IMG/VR virus record: IMGVR_UViG_3300029893_000022
Coordinates: 1 to 41,911 of that record
DNA length: 41,911 bases
From: a virus
Direction: 5' to 3' (one strand)
In this document: in pieces, positions 7,280 to 14,934 of the stretch
Layout: every line of letters begins with the position of its first letter
Numbering within the stretch: the first letter of the stretch is position 1
The notes under the pieces: generated by a model
Database searches by the model: none
What the model saw: only the letters and a program-made list of their open reading frames with translations
What the model was told of the DNA's origin: nothing
Position numbers and translations under genes: made by a program

Positions 7280-8001
7280 TCTGCGCCTCTCGTTCCAGCT
7301 CGTCTATGGCGTCCTGCGGCACATGATAGCTCACGCAGCATCCACCGTCCAATGTATTCTGTGTATGCTGGTGGGATCGCTTCCGCCAGTTCGCCGCGCG
7401 TCATCCAGTTTATTCCCAATGCGCTCCGCCCGACCGCCAGCGAAAAGTTATGGCCGATAATCGTTGCCATCTTAGATGGATCACTGAAGTATTTATTGAG
7501 TCTTTCAAATCCGACTTTCTCGCGTGTGCATCCCGCAGGGTAAAAATAGATGGAAGGGCTGGTTTCGAATCGCCTGTGTCTATGTGTTTTCAGCCCAAAC
7601 ATCGTTCCACATAGTACGAGCGAATCCTTGCTCAGCCCGTCTTCTCCAACCGCTTCGACGATGTTTTCGATGATGTAGGGTTTACCAGTTGCAATCAGCG
7701 TTTTGCGAACATTCTTTATCAGGCGTGGATAGACTGTGACATCTACTATTCCCTTCATGCGACTGTATCCCTGACATGGAGGGCTGGCGTGGATGATGTC
7801 GTACTCTGACCCGTGTTCCGTCAGGTAATCCAGGGCATCGCCCTGGATGAACCTGAACGGATAGTGTGGCTGCGGATGGATGTCAATCCCTGTAATGTCT
7901 ATAATTCCCGCATGATAATAGCCCATCGCCGCGCCGCCGGCCCCGCAGAACAGATCGAGCAATCTTATTTTGTTGTTCTCTTGCCTCTCGTTCCAGCTCA
8001 T
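7276..8001 (-). CDS. DNA (cytosine-5)-methyltransferase
   Basis: Motif I DLFCGAGGAAMGY, motif IV SPPCQGYS, ENV-like IENIV; 241 aa (compact). Start codon and AGGA RBS lie inside repeat copy R2. Confidence 0.75.
   Translation of the reverse strand: MSWNERQENNKIRLLDLFCGAGGAAMGYYHAGIIDITGIDIHPQPHYPFRFIQGDALDYLTEHGSEYDIIHASPPCQGYSRMKGIVDVTVYPRLIKNVRKTLIATGKPYIIENIVEAVGEDGLSKDSLVLCGTMFGLKTHRHRRFETSPSIYFYPAGCTREKVGFERLNKYFSDPSKMATIIGHNFSLAVGRSALGINWMTRGELAEAIPPAYTEYIGRWMLRELSCAAGRHRRAGTRGAE
7285..7324 (-). repeat. conserved gene-start module, copy R1
   Basis: gcctctcgttccagctcgtctatggcgtcctgcggcacat; about 92% identical to R2 and R3; the start-codon position reads ACG. Confidence 0.8.
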
Positions 8002-8022
8002 CTATGGCATCCTGTGGCACAT
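7983..8022 (-). repeat. conserved gene-start module, copy R2 (contains the methyltransferase start)
   Basis: gcctctcgttccagctcatctatggcatcctgtggcacat; minus strand reads cacAGGAtgccatagATGAGCTGGAACGAGAG, encoding MSWNER. Confidence 0.8.
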
Positions 8023-8062
8023 TTGCTCGCGCCTATCACTCAGCTTGAGTTCCATTCAGCAA

Positions 8063-8425
8063 CTATTTGTTCGCTTCATCCTTTTCTATCATCCACTGTT
8101 TAACCTCCATCAGAAACTTGACTTCTTCTCTGGCAGCTAAGACTGCCCGATCGCGATTGTCTTCCGCGCGAAAATAGTCTTCAAACGGCGTATATTTGCA
8201 CCAGACGAAGCCTGTGTATAGCTTAACTGGACACCATTTGCATCTATCGTCAAGATACTTTGCGCAGAGCGAACACGTATTACTCCCGCCATTGTAAATG
8301 TACTCAATGGACGGGTCATTGTAGGCATCTGCGATATATTACCATTTTTGTATTGCCTGGTCAATGTCACCAGGTTCCATGTCATAAGCCACTAATTTGC
8401 TTTGTATGATGATCTCCAGCTTCAT
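8063..8425 (-). pseudogene. Cys-rich zinc-ribbon-like gene interrupted by an in-frame TAA
   Basis: AGGAGGA RBS and ATG at 8425; 28 codons, then TAA (8341-8339), then 91 in-frame codons with no start codon (YIADAYNDPSIEY...NTCSLCAKYLDDRCKWCP...) to TAG at 8065. The listed ORF 8137..8385 is an out-of-frame shadow. Confidence 0.35.
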
Positions 8426-8660
8426 TTTGATCCTCCTGTTCTCGTTCCAGCTCATCTATGGCGTCCTGTGGCACATAATAGCCATGCTCACGTAATGTCC
8501 TGAGAAACTCCGCCGTCTCGCCTGGTGTATCAAAGTCGCGGCTGTCTCCATCATAGGGGCCACCCGCAAGCCATTTAACGTGTACCACATAGACGCCGTC
8601 CGAATAGTAGCAGTACACGTCCGATCTGAAGTTATCGCTGCTAAATCTGCAGTACGCCAT
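8382..8660 (-). CDS. hypothetical protein (92 aa)
   Basis: GGAGAG RBS and ATG at 8660; 3-prime end reads through repeat R3 and overlaps the next gene. Confidence 0.5.
   Translation of the reverse strand: MAYCRFSSDNFRSDVYCYYSDGVYVVHVKWLAGGPYDGDSRDFDTPGETAEFLRTLREHGYYVPQDAIDELEREQEDQNEAGDHHTKQISGL
8441..8476 (-). repeat. conserved gene-start module, copy R3
   Basis: ctcgttccagctcatctatggcgtcctgtggcacat; its ATG (8455) is in frame with the ATG at 8425 of the Cys-rich gene, giving MSWNENRRIK-MKLEII. Confidence 0.8.
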
Positions 8661-8663
8661 CTG

Positions 8664-9011
8664 TCACTCTCCTATCAATTCCAACTGCCCACGCTCGATC
8701 ATCCTGCGGCGCCGCGTCTGCGCGGCATTGTGCCGATGATGTGCAACATCATATCGCAGATGGCATCTCTGGCACATCGCGCGTAGGTTCGACGGATCGT
8801 TGTTGTGCGTGTCGTGATCCAGATGCGCCACGGTCAGGATCACCCGCCCGCGGAATTGCTGCGCCGGTTGATGATCCATCTCCTCGCAGCGTCCACTGTG
8901 ATCTATCCCGCACTCGCCCGTGCATTCGCACTGCCCGCCGGCGCGGTCGTGTCGGATCGAGAGCGATATTTCTCGCCAGTTTTCGGGATAGTTGCGCATG
9001 TCAATCGGCAT
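8664..9011 (-). CDS. HNH endonuclease
   Basis: CECTGEC ... LTVAHLDHDTHNNDPSNLRAMCQRCHLRYD: Cys pairs flanking the H-N-H core. Confidence 0.75.
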   Translation of the reverse strand: MPIDMRNYPENWREISLSIRHDRAGGQCECTGECGIDHSGRCEEMDHQPAQQFRGRVILTVAHLDHDTHNNDPSNLRAMCQRCHLRYDVAHHRHNAAQTRRRRMIERGQLELIGE

Positions 9012-9186
9012 ATCCTGTTATTCCTCTTCTTCGCTGCCGTCAAACAACGACATCTGCTTCACATGCCCGTCCAATGGCAAACAGTGTGGGCTAAACCACA
9101 ATCGTTCTTTGGTGCGGTTCTCGCTATTTGCTGTCTTGCCATTGCTGTTGCCATAGGAACGCCCGGCAGTCCAGGAGTTTTATAAT

Positions 9187-10242
9187 CTAATGAATTGTCT
9201 TCTGTAGTGACCATCGTGATCCGTTCCGATAGACGATATTCTTCTCTGCCAGGACTTCCAGGGAGCGCATGATCGTTCCCTTATTTCGTCCTGTCACTTC
9301 CGATAGTTCTAGCAGTGTTACTCCGCCTTCGTAGCTGCGGATGATGTTTATCAGTTCGCGTTGCCCATCTGATAGTACTTCTTCCGGCTTTGCGATCTGC
9401 CAGCTTGTGGTTGTCAGGTCGAAACGCAGATCGAGCATTTGCTCCTCGATGTCGCGTCCAGAGATTGCCAGCTTTGCGCCTGTCTTCCCCGGTTCTTTAT
9501 ATAGCCCCAAGATGGTATCTGCTACCGCGCCTTTGGATGTTGATCCGATGATGTCGCTAATCGGATCGTCGTTTCCGGTGAGCAGTCCGCGTTTACGATG
9601 GTGATCTATGACGATGATAGATACACCCTCGGAAGTTGCTTCCTGGAGGGGTCCCATGACGTGTGTGACTGCGCCCATGTCGTTCCAGTCGCGGACGTGG
9701 AATGCACGGGTGAGAGTATCTATGATTAACAGGGAATAACCGGCGTCTCTTGCGAATGTTGCAAACGTGCTTGAGTTTTTGAATAGCAATTGAAAATCTC
9801 TGGAGAATACTACGTTTAGATTTCTTTGTGCCTCTGCCGTCCAGTTTTGTTTGTGTTGTCGTTCGCGGAAACGGCGTTGGCCATCTTCGAGCGCGCAGTA
9901 GAATACTTTTCCGGGCGTTACCTTGCGCCCTAGAAAGTAGCCATCCGAACAGATCGCCAGTGCCAGCTCCATTGCGAACCAGGATTTGCCTTTTTTGGGA
10001 GGTCCCGCGAGCAGTGTAAATCCGGCGGGGATGATTTCTTCCACCACCCAGGCCGATTCGGGGAATTCCATATTGTAGATTTCATCACCGCGCCATATAC
10101 GTGGCTCATATTTCGGCTTGCGCTTGGGCGCAGCTTCCGAGGCCGGCGGCTCCGGCATTGATGATTCCGGCGTCAATATCCGTTGATCGTTGCCGGATAA
10201 CCGATCAATCAGGTTTTTGAGGGAATCCATATCATCATTCAT
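9187..10242 (-). CDS. RecA-like (AAA_25/RepA-type) ATPase with C-terminal winged helix; putative replicative helicase or initiator
   Basis: Walker A LLAGPPKKGKSWFAMELA; Walker B SLLIIDTL and IIVIDHHRK; C-terminal HTH-like LLELSEVTGRNKGTIMRSLEVL. Confidence 0.7.
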   Translation of the reverse strand: MNDDMDSLKNLIDRLSGNDQRILTPESSMPEPPASEAAPKRKPKYEPRIWRGDEIYNMEFPESAWVVEEIIPAGFTLLAGPPKKGKSWFAMELALAICSDGYFLGRKVTPGKVFYCALEDGQRRFRERQHKQNWTAEAQRNLNVVFSRDFQLLFKNSSTFATFARDAGYSLLIIDTLTRAFHVRDWNDMGAVTHVMGPLQEATSEGVSIIVIDHHRKRGLLTGNDDPISDIIGSTSKGAVADTILGLYKEPGKTGAKLAISGRDIEEQMLDLRFDLTTTSWQIAKPEEVLSDGQRELINIIRSYEGGVTLLELSEVTGRNKGTIMRSLEVLAEKNIVYRNGSRWSLQKTIH

Positions 10243-10580
10243 AGCGATTCCCTCAACTCTCTTTGTAATCGGTCAAGACTGTTAAAAAAAATCCAATCTT
10301 GCTCCAATTGCATCGCAAGATTGCTTATGTCATTATAGTATTCTCTGGCTTCGATCAGCCAGATTGTTATGGTTATTTTATCTCTGGGTGATGGCTGCGC
10401 GTTGATGTCCCTGCGCAGGGCAGAGATAAATCGTCTGGCGCATTCATCTGTGAATTGATCTGGCGATAACTTATCTATCGCTGCCAATACTTCATCCGGC
10501 CACACCAGCGCGCAACCTGCCAGCATGCGCCCCAATCTGGCAATACGCTGTAGCAGAAGATCATTTATTGTTGCTGGCAT
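10239..10580 (-). CDS. hypothetical protein
   Basis: 113-aa ORF; its stop overlaps the ATPase start (ATGA). Confidence 0.5.
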   Translation of the reverse strand: MPATINDLLLQRIARLGRMLAGCALVWPDEVLAAIDKLSPDQFTDECARRFISALRRDINAQPSPRDKITITIWLIEAREYYNDISNLAMQLEQDWIFFNSLDRLQRELRESL

Positions 10581-10728
10581 TTTTCTTCGCCGACTGTAGC
10601 TTTTTGTACTCTTTGTTGATAAGCTGGCGTAGCACTTCGCCCTTTGTCACTTCCAGCATTTCTGCTATTTTCTGCAATCGCGATAGTTCTTCTTCTGAGA
10701 TCCGAAATGCGAACAGTGTGCGTCTCAT
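10561..10728 (-). CDS. ribbon-helix-helix (CopG/Arc-like) regulator
   Basis: Start taken at ATG 10728 with GGGAGAGGG RBS (the listed ORF extends upstream without support); MRRTLFAFRISEEELSRLQKIAEMLEVTKGEVLRQLI is a beta-strand then two helices, typical of RHH proteins. Confidence 0.5.
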   Translation of the reverse strand: MRRTLFAFRISEEELSRLQKIAEMLEVTKGEVLRQLINKEYKKLQSAKKNASNNK

Positions 10729-10747
10729 GCCCTCTCCCTTCGAAAAA

Positions 10748-10789
10748 TTGTTATACAATATGTTATACCATATGATTCGTTTTTTATCA
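10748..10789 (-). promoter_or_regulatory. putative promoter of the minus-strand early operon with GTTATAC direct repeats
   Basis: Minus-strand TTGATA (plus 10784-10789), 17-bp spacer, TATAAC (plus 10761-10766); tandem GTTATACa and GTTATACc (10748-10770) overlap the -10 region. Confidence 0.3.
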
Positions 10790-10857
10790 AGGATAATTGT
10801 GTTATTATATATTGGTAGGGGGTAATTGGTCTGGTTGGTTGCTCTCTCTCCTGAGGC

Positions 10858-10883
10858 CAGACGCACCATATATGGTGCGTCTG
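10858..10883. promoter_or_regulatory. perfect 10-bp inverted repeat (operator-like)
   Basis: CAGACGCACC-ATATAT-GGTGCGTCTG in the divergent intergenic region; a TGtTATAAT extended -10 on the plus strand (10921-10929) lies just downstream. Confidence 0.4.
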
Positions 10884-10908
10884 TGCCGTTAATTTAAGTG
10901 ATTACCAT

Positions 10909-12345
10909 ATGTTGTATCGCTGTTATAATACAGTTATGCAACAAAGCCTGGAAAAATATGTTTCTGCGGCTAAAGACGCCGGTTGCACTGCCGATCAAAT
11001 GCGGCGATTCCTGACCGCCGGTTATATTGCCCTCCCCTGGACTTTGAATTTTCATGCCGCCGCACGCATGGCGGATCAAGATGACGGCCCTTACTGGATT
11101 GCCCTGGGCGGCGCACGCGGCCCAGGAAAATCCCACGCCGTGCTGGCACAAGTGGCACTGGATGATTGTCGTCGTCAACCAGGATTGACTGTATTATATC
11201 TGCGAAAGTTACAACGATCCGCAGGAGAAAGTCTCGAAGGTCTGGCAAAGCGTGTTCTGGGCAGGGTGGCTTATAGTTATAGTGGAGCGAGTGGGTTGTT
11301 GCGTGTGGGGGAAAGCCGGATTATCATCGGCGGTTATCGCAATAGCCAGGACATTGATCGCTATATCGGCCTGGAATATGATGCGGTCGTCATAGAAGAA
11401 GCGACACAAGTCGGAGAAGATAGAATCACTGCTTTGCGCGGTAGTATCCGTTCCAGCATTCAAGGATGGCGAACACGAGTTTATCTCTCTACTAACCCAG
11501 GCGGAATCGGACACCGATGGTTCAAAAAGACATTCGTCCGCGCCGATCCAACAACCCGCTTTCTGGGGCTTCCGGTTCGTTTCTTTCCGGCTACTTACCG
11601 CGATAATCCGTTCTTGAGCCGTGACTATATCGAATACCTGGAATCTCTGCGCGGCCCGTTGGGTTCTGCATGGCGCGATGGCGATTGGGATACATTCGAA
11701 GGTATTGCATTCCCAGATTGGAATGGTGCAGAACATGTCGTCGAACCATTCGATATTCCTAAAGAATGGCCGCGCTGGAGGGCAATTGACTGGGGCTATG
11801 CCGCGCCCCTCGTTTGCCTGTGGTTATCACGCGATCCTGACAGTGGAAGAATATATGTCTATCGTGAATATACTGCGAAGCAATTGACGGATCGCCAGCA
11901 GGCAAGGATCATCCGCGAATTGACATCGCCAGGTGAAAATATCAATATCACGTATGCCGATCCAAGCATGTGGGCAAAGAAGAATGTCGCAGATGTGGTG
12001 ACCAGCATTGCCGATGAATATCGAACAGAAGGTATAATATTAACGCCTGCTGATAATGATCGCATAGATGGGAAGCAGCGCATCCATCGCCTGTTGGCAA
12101 AATTGCCGGATGGCAAGCCTGGATTGCAGGTGATGTCTAATTGCGAATATTTGATCGAGACTATGGAAACAATTCCCAGCAGTTTAATCTGGCCCGAAGA
12201 TGTTGACACGGAGGCGGACGATCATGCCTACGATGCACTGCGCTATGCATTGACGAATTACGATCACAAGCCGACGGAACGCGTAGGAATGGGGATATTG
12301 TTATATAACCGCGAGTTTGAGAAACTAAGGAAGATACTGGGATGA
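10909..12345 (+). CDS. terL: terminase large subunit
   Basis: Walker A GGARGPGKSHAV; Walker B-like YDAVVIEEATQ; C-terminal nuclease-like region (IDWGYAAP ... DHAYDALRYAL). Start uncertain: ATG 10909 or ATG 10936 (MQQSLEK...). Confidence 0.85.
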   Translation: MLYRCYNTVMQQSLEKYVSAAKDAGCTADQMRRFLTAGYIALPWTLNFHAAARMADQDDGPYWIALGGARGPGKSHAVLAQVALDDCRRQPGLTVLYLRKLQRSAGESLEGLAKRVLGRVAYSYSGASGLLRVGESRIIIGGYRNSQDIDRYIGLEYDAVVIEEATQVGEDRITALRGSIRSSIQGWRTRVYLSTNPGGIGHRWFKKTFVRADPTTRFLGLPVRFFPATYRDNPFLSRDYIEYLESLRGPLGSAWRDGDWDTFEGIAFPDWNGAEHVVEPFDIPKEWPRWRAIDWGYAAPLVCLWLSRDPDSGRIYVYREYTAKQLTDRQQARIIRELTSPGENINITYADPSMWAKKNVADVVTSIADEYRTEGIILTPADNDRIDGKQRIHRLLAKLPDGKPGLQVMSNCEYLIETMETIPSSLIWPEDVDTEADDHAYDALRYALTNYDHKPTERVGMGILLYNREFEKLRKILG

Positions 12346-14045
12346 CAGAAAAAAAGTACGATGAACAAAAGTTTCTGGAATTGACACAGTATGCGTATGA
12401 TATGCAGACTTCCAGTTCTGGGCGTGATGAGATGATCCAGGCCATGCGCCACATGTACACACTGGATGACCCAGAATTAGAGAAGCTCGGCAATACGTTC
12501 AAGAATATCGTAATCTCATATTCTCCCACAGCGAGCAATGCAATCGAAACCGCAGTGCGCTTGTTGAGCGTCAACGAACCGGGCGTGAACGTGCCGGAAG
12601 AAATGCACGAAACGACCGACCCGGAAACGCTGAATAATATTGAACGGTTTGCCCAAATTATGCTGCGGCAGTCGGATCGAATTCGCGGATCTCTGTTGAT
12701 TGTGGATGGTATTCGTTCTGGTTTGCTGTATGATGAGATTCACATAACCGTTAATAGCACGAATGATCTATATGAACAGGTGAAAAGCCGCGGCGGTGGA
12801 TTGGCAGCGCGCGCAGAACGTGTCAAAAATCTGACGCCTTATCTGTTTTCTGTGCATGATCCGACAGGTTGTTATGTGGATTGGGACATTATGGGGATGC
12901 GCGCCTGGGCGCGGCGAGTAGAAATGAGCGCGCAACGGATCATAGATGAATATGGAGATGCCGGAAGAGAAGCCGTTGGATCATATTCGAGTAGCTCACT
13001 CGGACGATTGAATACTTATTTTGTCTGGTCAATGTGGGATTTGGATTATTACGTCTGTTGGATCGAAGGCGCAAAAAAGCCGATCTATTTTCGAGAGAAT
13101 GAATTAGGATTTATTCCGGTTGTGGTGCATACAATCGAAGGTTCTGAGATGTTCTCTGATCGGAAGATGCGCCGAATGCCGTTCCTGTATCGCATGTGGA
13201 AAAGCGGCGTTTGGAAAAGCCAAAATATTGCGCTATCGGCAATCTATACCAGAGCAAGAACCAGAATGTGGGCGACCTATTTATACAAAGCCCCATCTGA
13301 TGCAAGCAAGCCGGAAATTGATTTGACTATGCCGATCAATATGATTCAGATTGATCCGCGATATGAAATGATGCCGTTCCCCTCCGATCCGGCGAACAAC
13401 GAAATGTGGCAGGCGTGGAATTTATCCGATCAGCTTGGCACAGAAAGCACGATCTATAAACAGGTTGCCGGTAAGCCCTTGGGACCAAATTCTACATACA
13501 GCGAGACGGCACTTCTTTCACAAGCAGGGCGCTTGCCATTAGTGCCGGTGCAGCGCAAGATGGAATGGGCGCTGGGCGACGCGCTGCGGATGGCTTTCTT
13601 GTGGATGAAGAACGATTCTGGGGAATATCAAGGACAGGAACGCGGAAACATTTATACCTTGAACGCCGCACAGATACCGGATAATCTTGAAATAGAAGTC
13701 AATCTGGATATTGCCATGCCGCAGGATCGCCTGCAACAGGCAAACATTTTCAATATTCTGAAGGATCGTGTACCGGATGAATATTTGTACGAACATCTGT
13801 TGAATGAACGTCAACCCAAAGAAATGGTGAAGCGTCTATGGCAACAAAGAATACGAGATGCCTTGATTGGGAGCGAATTACAACAGATGATGCAACAACA
13901 ACAGGCGCAGAATATGCCACAGCCACCACCTTCCCAGCCAGAAGCGATGGGAATGCAAGGAATACCGCCGGAGATGATGATGGGTGGAATGCAGGGGCCC
14001 GAACAAATGCGCGGTGAACAGATGCCCGGAGGTGAAATGCCGTGA
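12342..14045 (+). CDS. portal protein (putative)
   Basis: 567 aa immediately after terL with ATGA overlap; size and position typical of portal; Gln/Met/Pro-rich C-terminal tail. Confidence 0.65.
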   Translation: MTEKKYDEQKFLELTQYAYDMQTSSSGRDEMIQAMRHMYTLDDPELEKLGNTFKNIVISYSPTASNAIETAVRLLSVNEPGVNVPEEMHETTDPETLNNIERFAQIMLRQSDRIRGSLLIVDGIRSGLLYDEIHITVNSTNDLYEQVKSRGGGLAARAERVKNLTPYLFSVHDPTGCYVDWDIMGMRAWARRVEMSAQRIIDEYGDAGREAVGSYSSSSLGRLNTYFVWSMWDLDYYVCWIEGAKKPIYFRENELGFIPVVVHTIEGSEMFSDRKMRRMPFLYRMWKSGVWKSQNIALSAIYTRARTRMWATYLYKAPSDASKPEIDLTMPINMIQIDPRYEMMPFPSDPANNEMWQAWNLSDQLGTESTIYKQVAGKPLGPNSTYSETALLSQAGRLPLVPVQRKMEWALGDALRMAFLWMKNDSGEYQGQERGNIYTLNAAQIPDNLEIEVNLDIAMPQDRLQQANIFNILKDRVPDEYLYEHLLNERQPKEMVKRLWQQRIRDALIGSELQQMMQQQQAQNMPQPPPSQPEAMGMQGIPPEMMMGGMQGPEQMRGEQMPGGEMP

Positions 14046-14047
14046 CG

Positions 14048-14248
14048 ATGAATATTGATGATCTGCGTGAGATGATTCTGGCTGCACGCCGCGAAGCGGC
14101 CGATATTGTGCGGGATACGATAGATGATTTTTATCGCCCAGACCGCGAATTGGAACTTGCTCTACATGCATCTACTCTGCCGGTGGATGCATGGCAATAT
14201 GTTGATCCAGAGATCAGACGGCAGATAATGGAGGTGTTCAATGCCTAG
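14048..14248 (+). CDS. hypothetical protein (66 aa)
   Basis: ATG at 14048 with GGAGGTGA upstream. Confidence 0.45.
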   Translation: MNIDDLREMILAARREAADIVRDTIDDFYRPDRELELALHASTLPVDAWQYVDPEIRRQIMEVFNA

Positions 14249-14930
14249 AGACCCTTATGATCATCCATCCTCTTGGCGTCCGATTGGTGGAGGTCGCTCG
14301 CCTTATCCAACCTATGGGCAGGGGCCGTATATGCCGCCGGTCAGGGGCCGATCTTCTTATCCAACCTATGGGCAGGGGCCATATATGCCGCCAACTGCCG
14401 CACCGCGGCAAACTCCGCAGCCAACCGCCGGTGGCTGGAATCCTGGCGTATATCAAAGAATGAGTACCTGGGTGGATTTAATGCGAGAAAATAATCAACC
14501 TGCCGGTTGGTATGGCGCAACATCTGGCGGCTATACGGGACGAGTCTATGGTGAGCTTGGTGGCCTCGGCGCTTATAATCCCGTGACCGGAGCATGGGAA
14601 CCGGCGATTACGGCTACGATGTATGACCCCAATTATGGGAATCCGGCGACTTATAGCGGATATACTTTCAGTAGAAACAGAAACCGTGGAGGTCGCTATG
14701 CATGGATGACTAATCTCTGGGAACAAAGATTGGGGCGTGAATTGACACCACAAGAAAGATATGATGTGATGAATCCGGCACGCTTCAATCCATATACCGG
14801 AGAGACAAAAGTCCCTGCGGGCAAAAAGGTATTAGGTTATAAGCCAAAAGCCGGTGGCAAGAAAGGCAAGAAGGGCCGTGCAGGTGTTGCGCCTGGATGG
14901 ACGAGCGCCGTAGCGCAATTCAACGTATAA
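14241..14930 (+). CDS. Pro/Gly/Tyr-rich low-complexity protein with internal duplication
   Basis: GGAGGTG RBS; duplicated motif YPTYGQGPYMPP; Lys-rich C-terminus; likely virion-associated given its position. Confidence 0.55.
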   Translation: MPRDPYDHPSSWRPIGGGRSPYPTYGQGPYMPPVRGRSSYPTYGQGPYMPPTAAPRQTPQPTAGGWNPGVYQRMSTWVDLMRENNQPAGWYGATSGGYTGRVYGELGGLGAYNPVTGAWEPAITATMYDPNYGNPATYSGYTFSRNRNRGGRYAWMTNLWEQRLGRELTPQERYDVMNPARFNPYTGETKVPAGKKVLGYKPKAGGKKGKKGRAGVAPGWTSAVAQFNV

Positions 14931-14934
14931 AAAG

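Noticed and set aside
8137-8385. ORF 8137..8385 (MTWNLVTLT...)
   Set aside because: Out-of-frame shadow of the Cys-rich gene; low-complexity translation and no RBS.
7285-8476. Reading the R1-R3 repeat as a shared C-terminal peptide (VPQDAIDELERE) of the upstream genes
   Set aside because: That frame is in phase with the upstream gene only for R3; for R1 and R2 it is out of frame or blocked by stops, while the start-codon frame (MSWNER) is used at R2 and R3. The conservation is better explained as a gene-start module.
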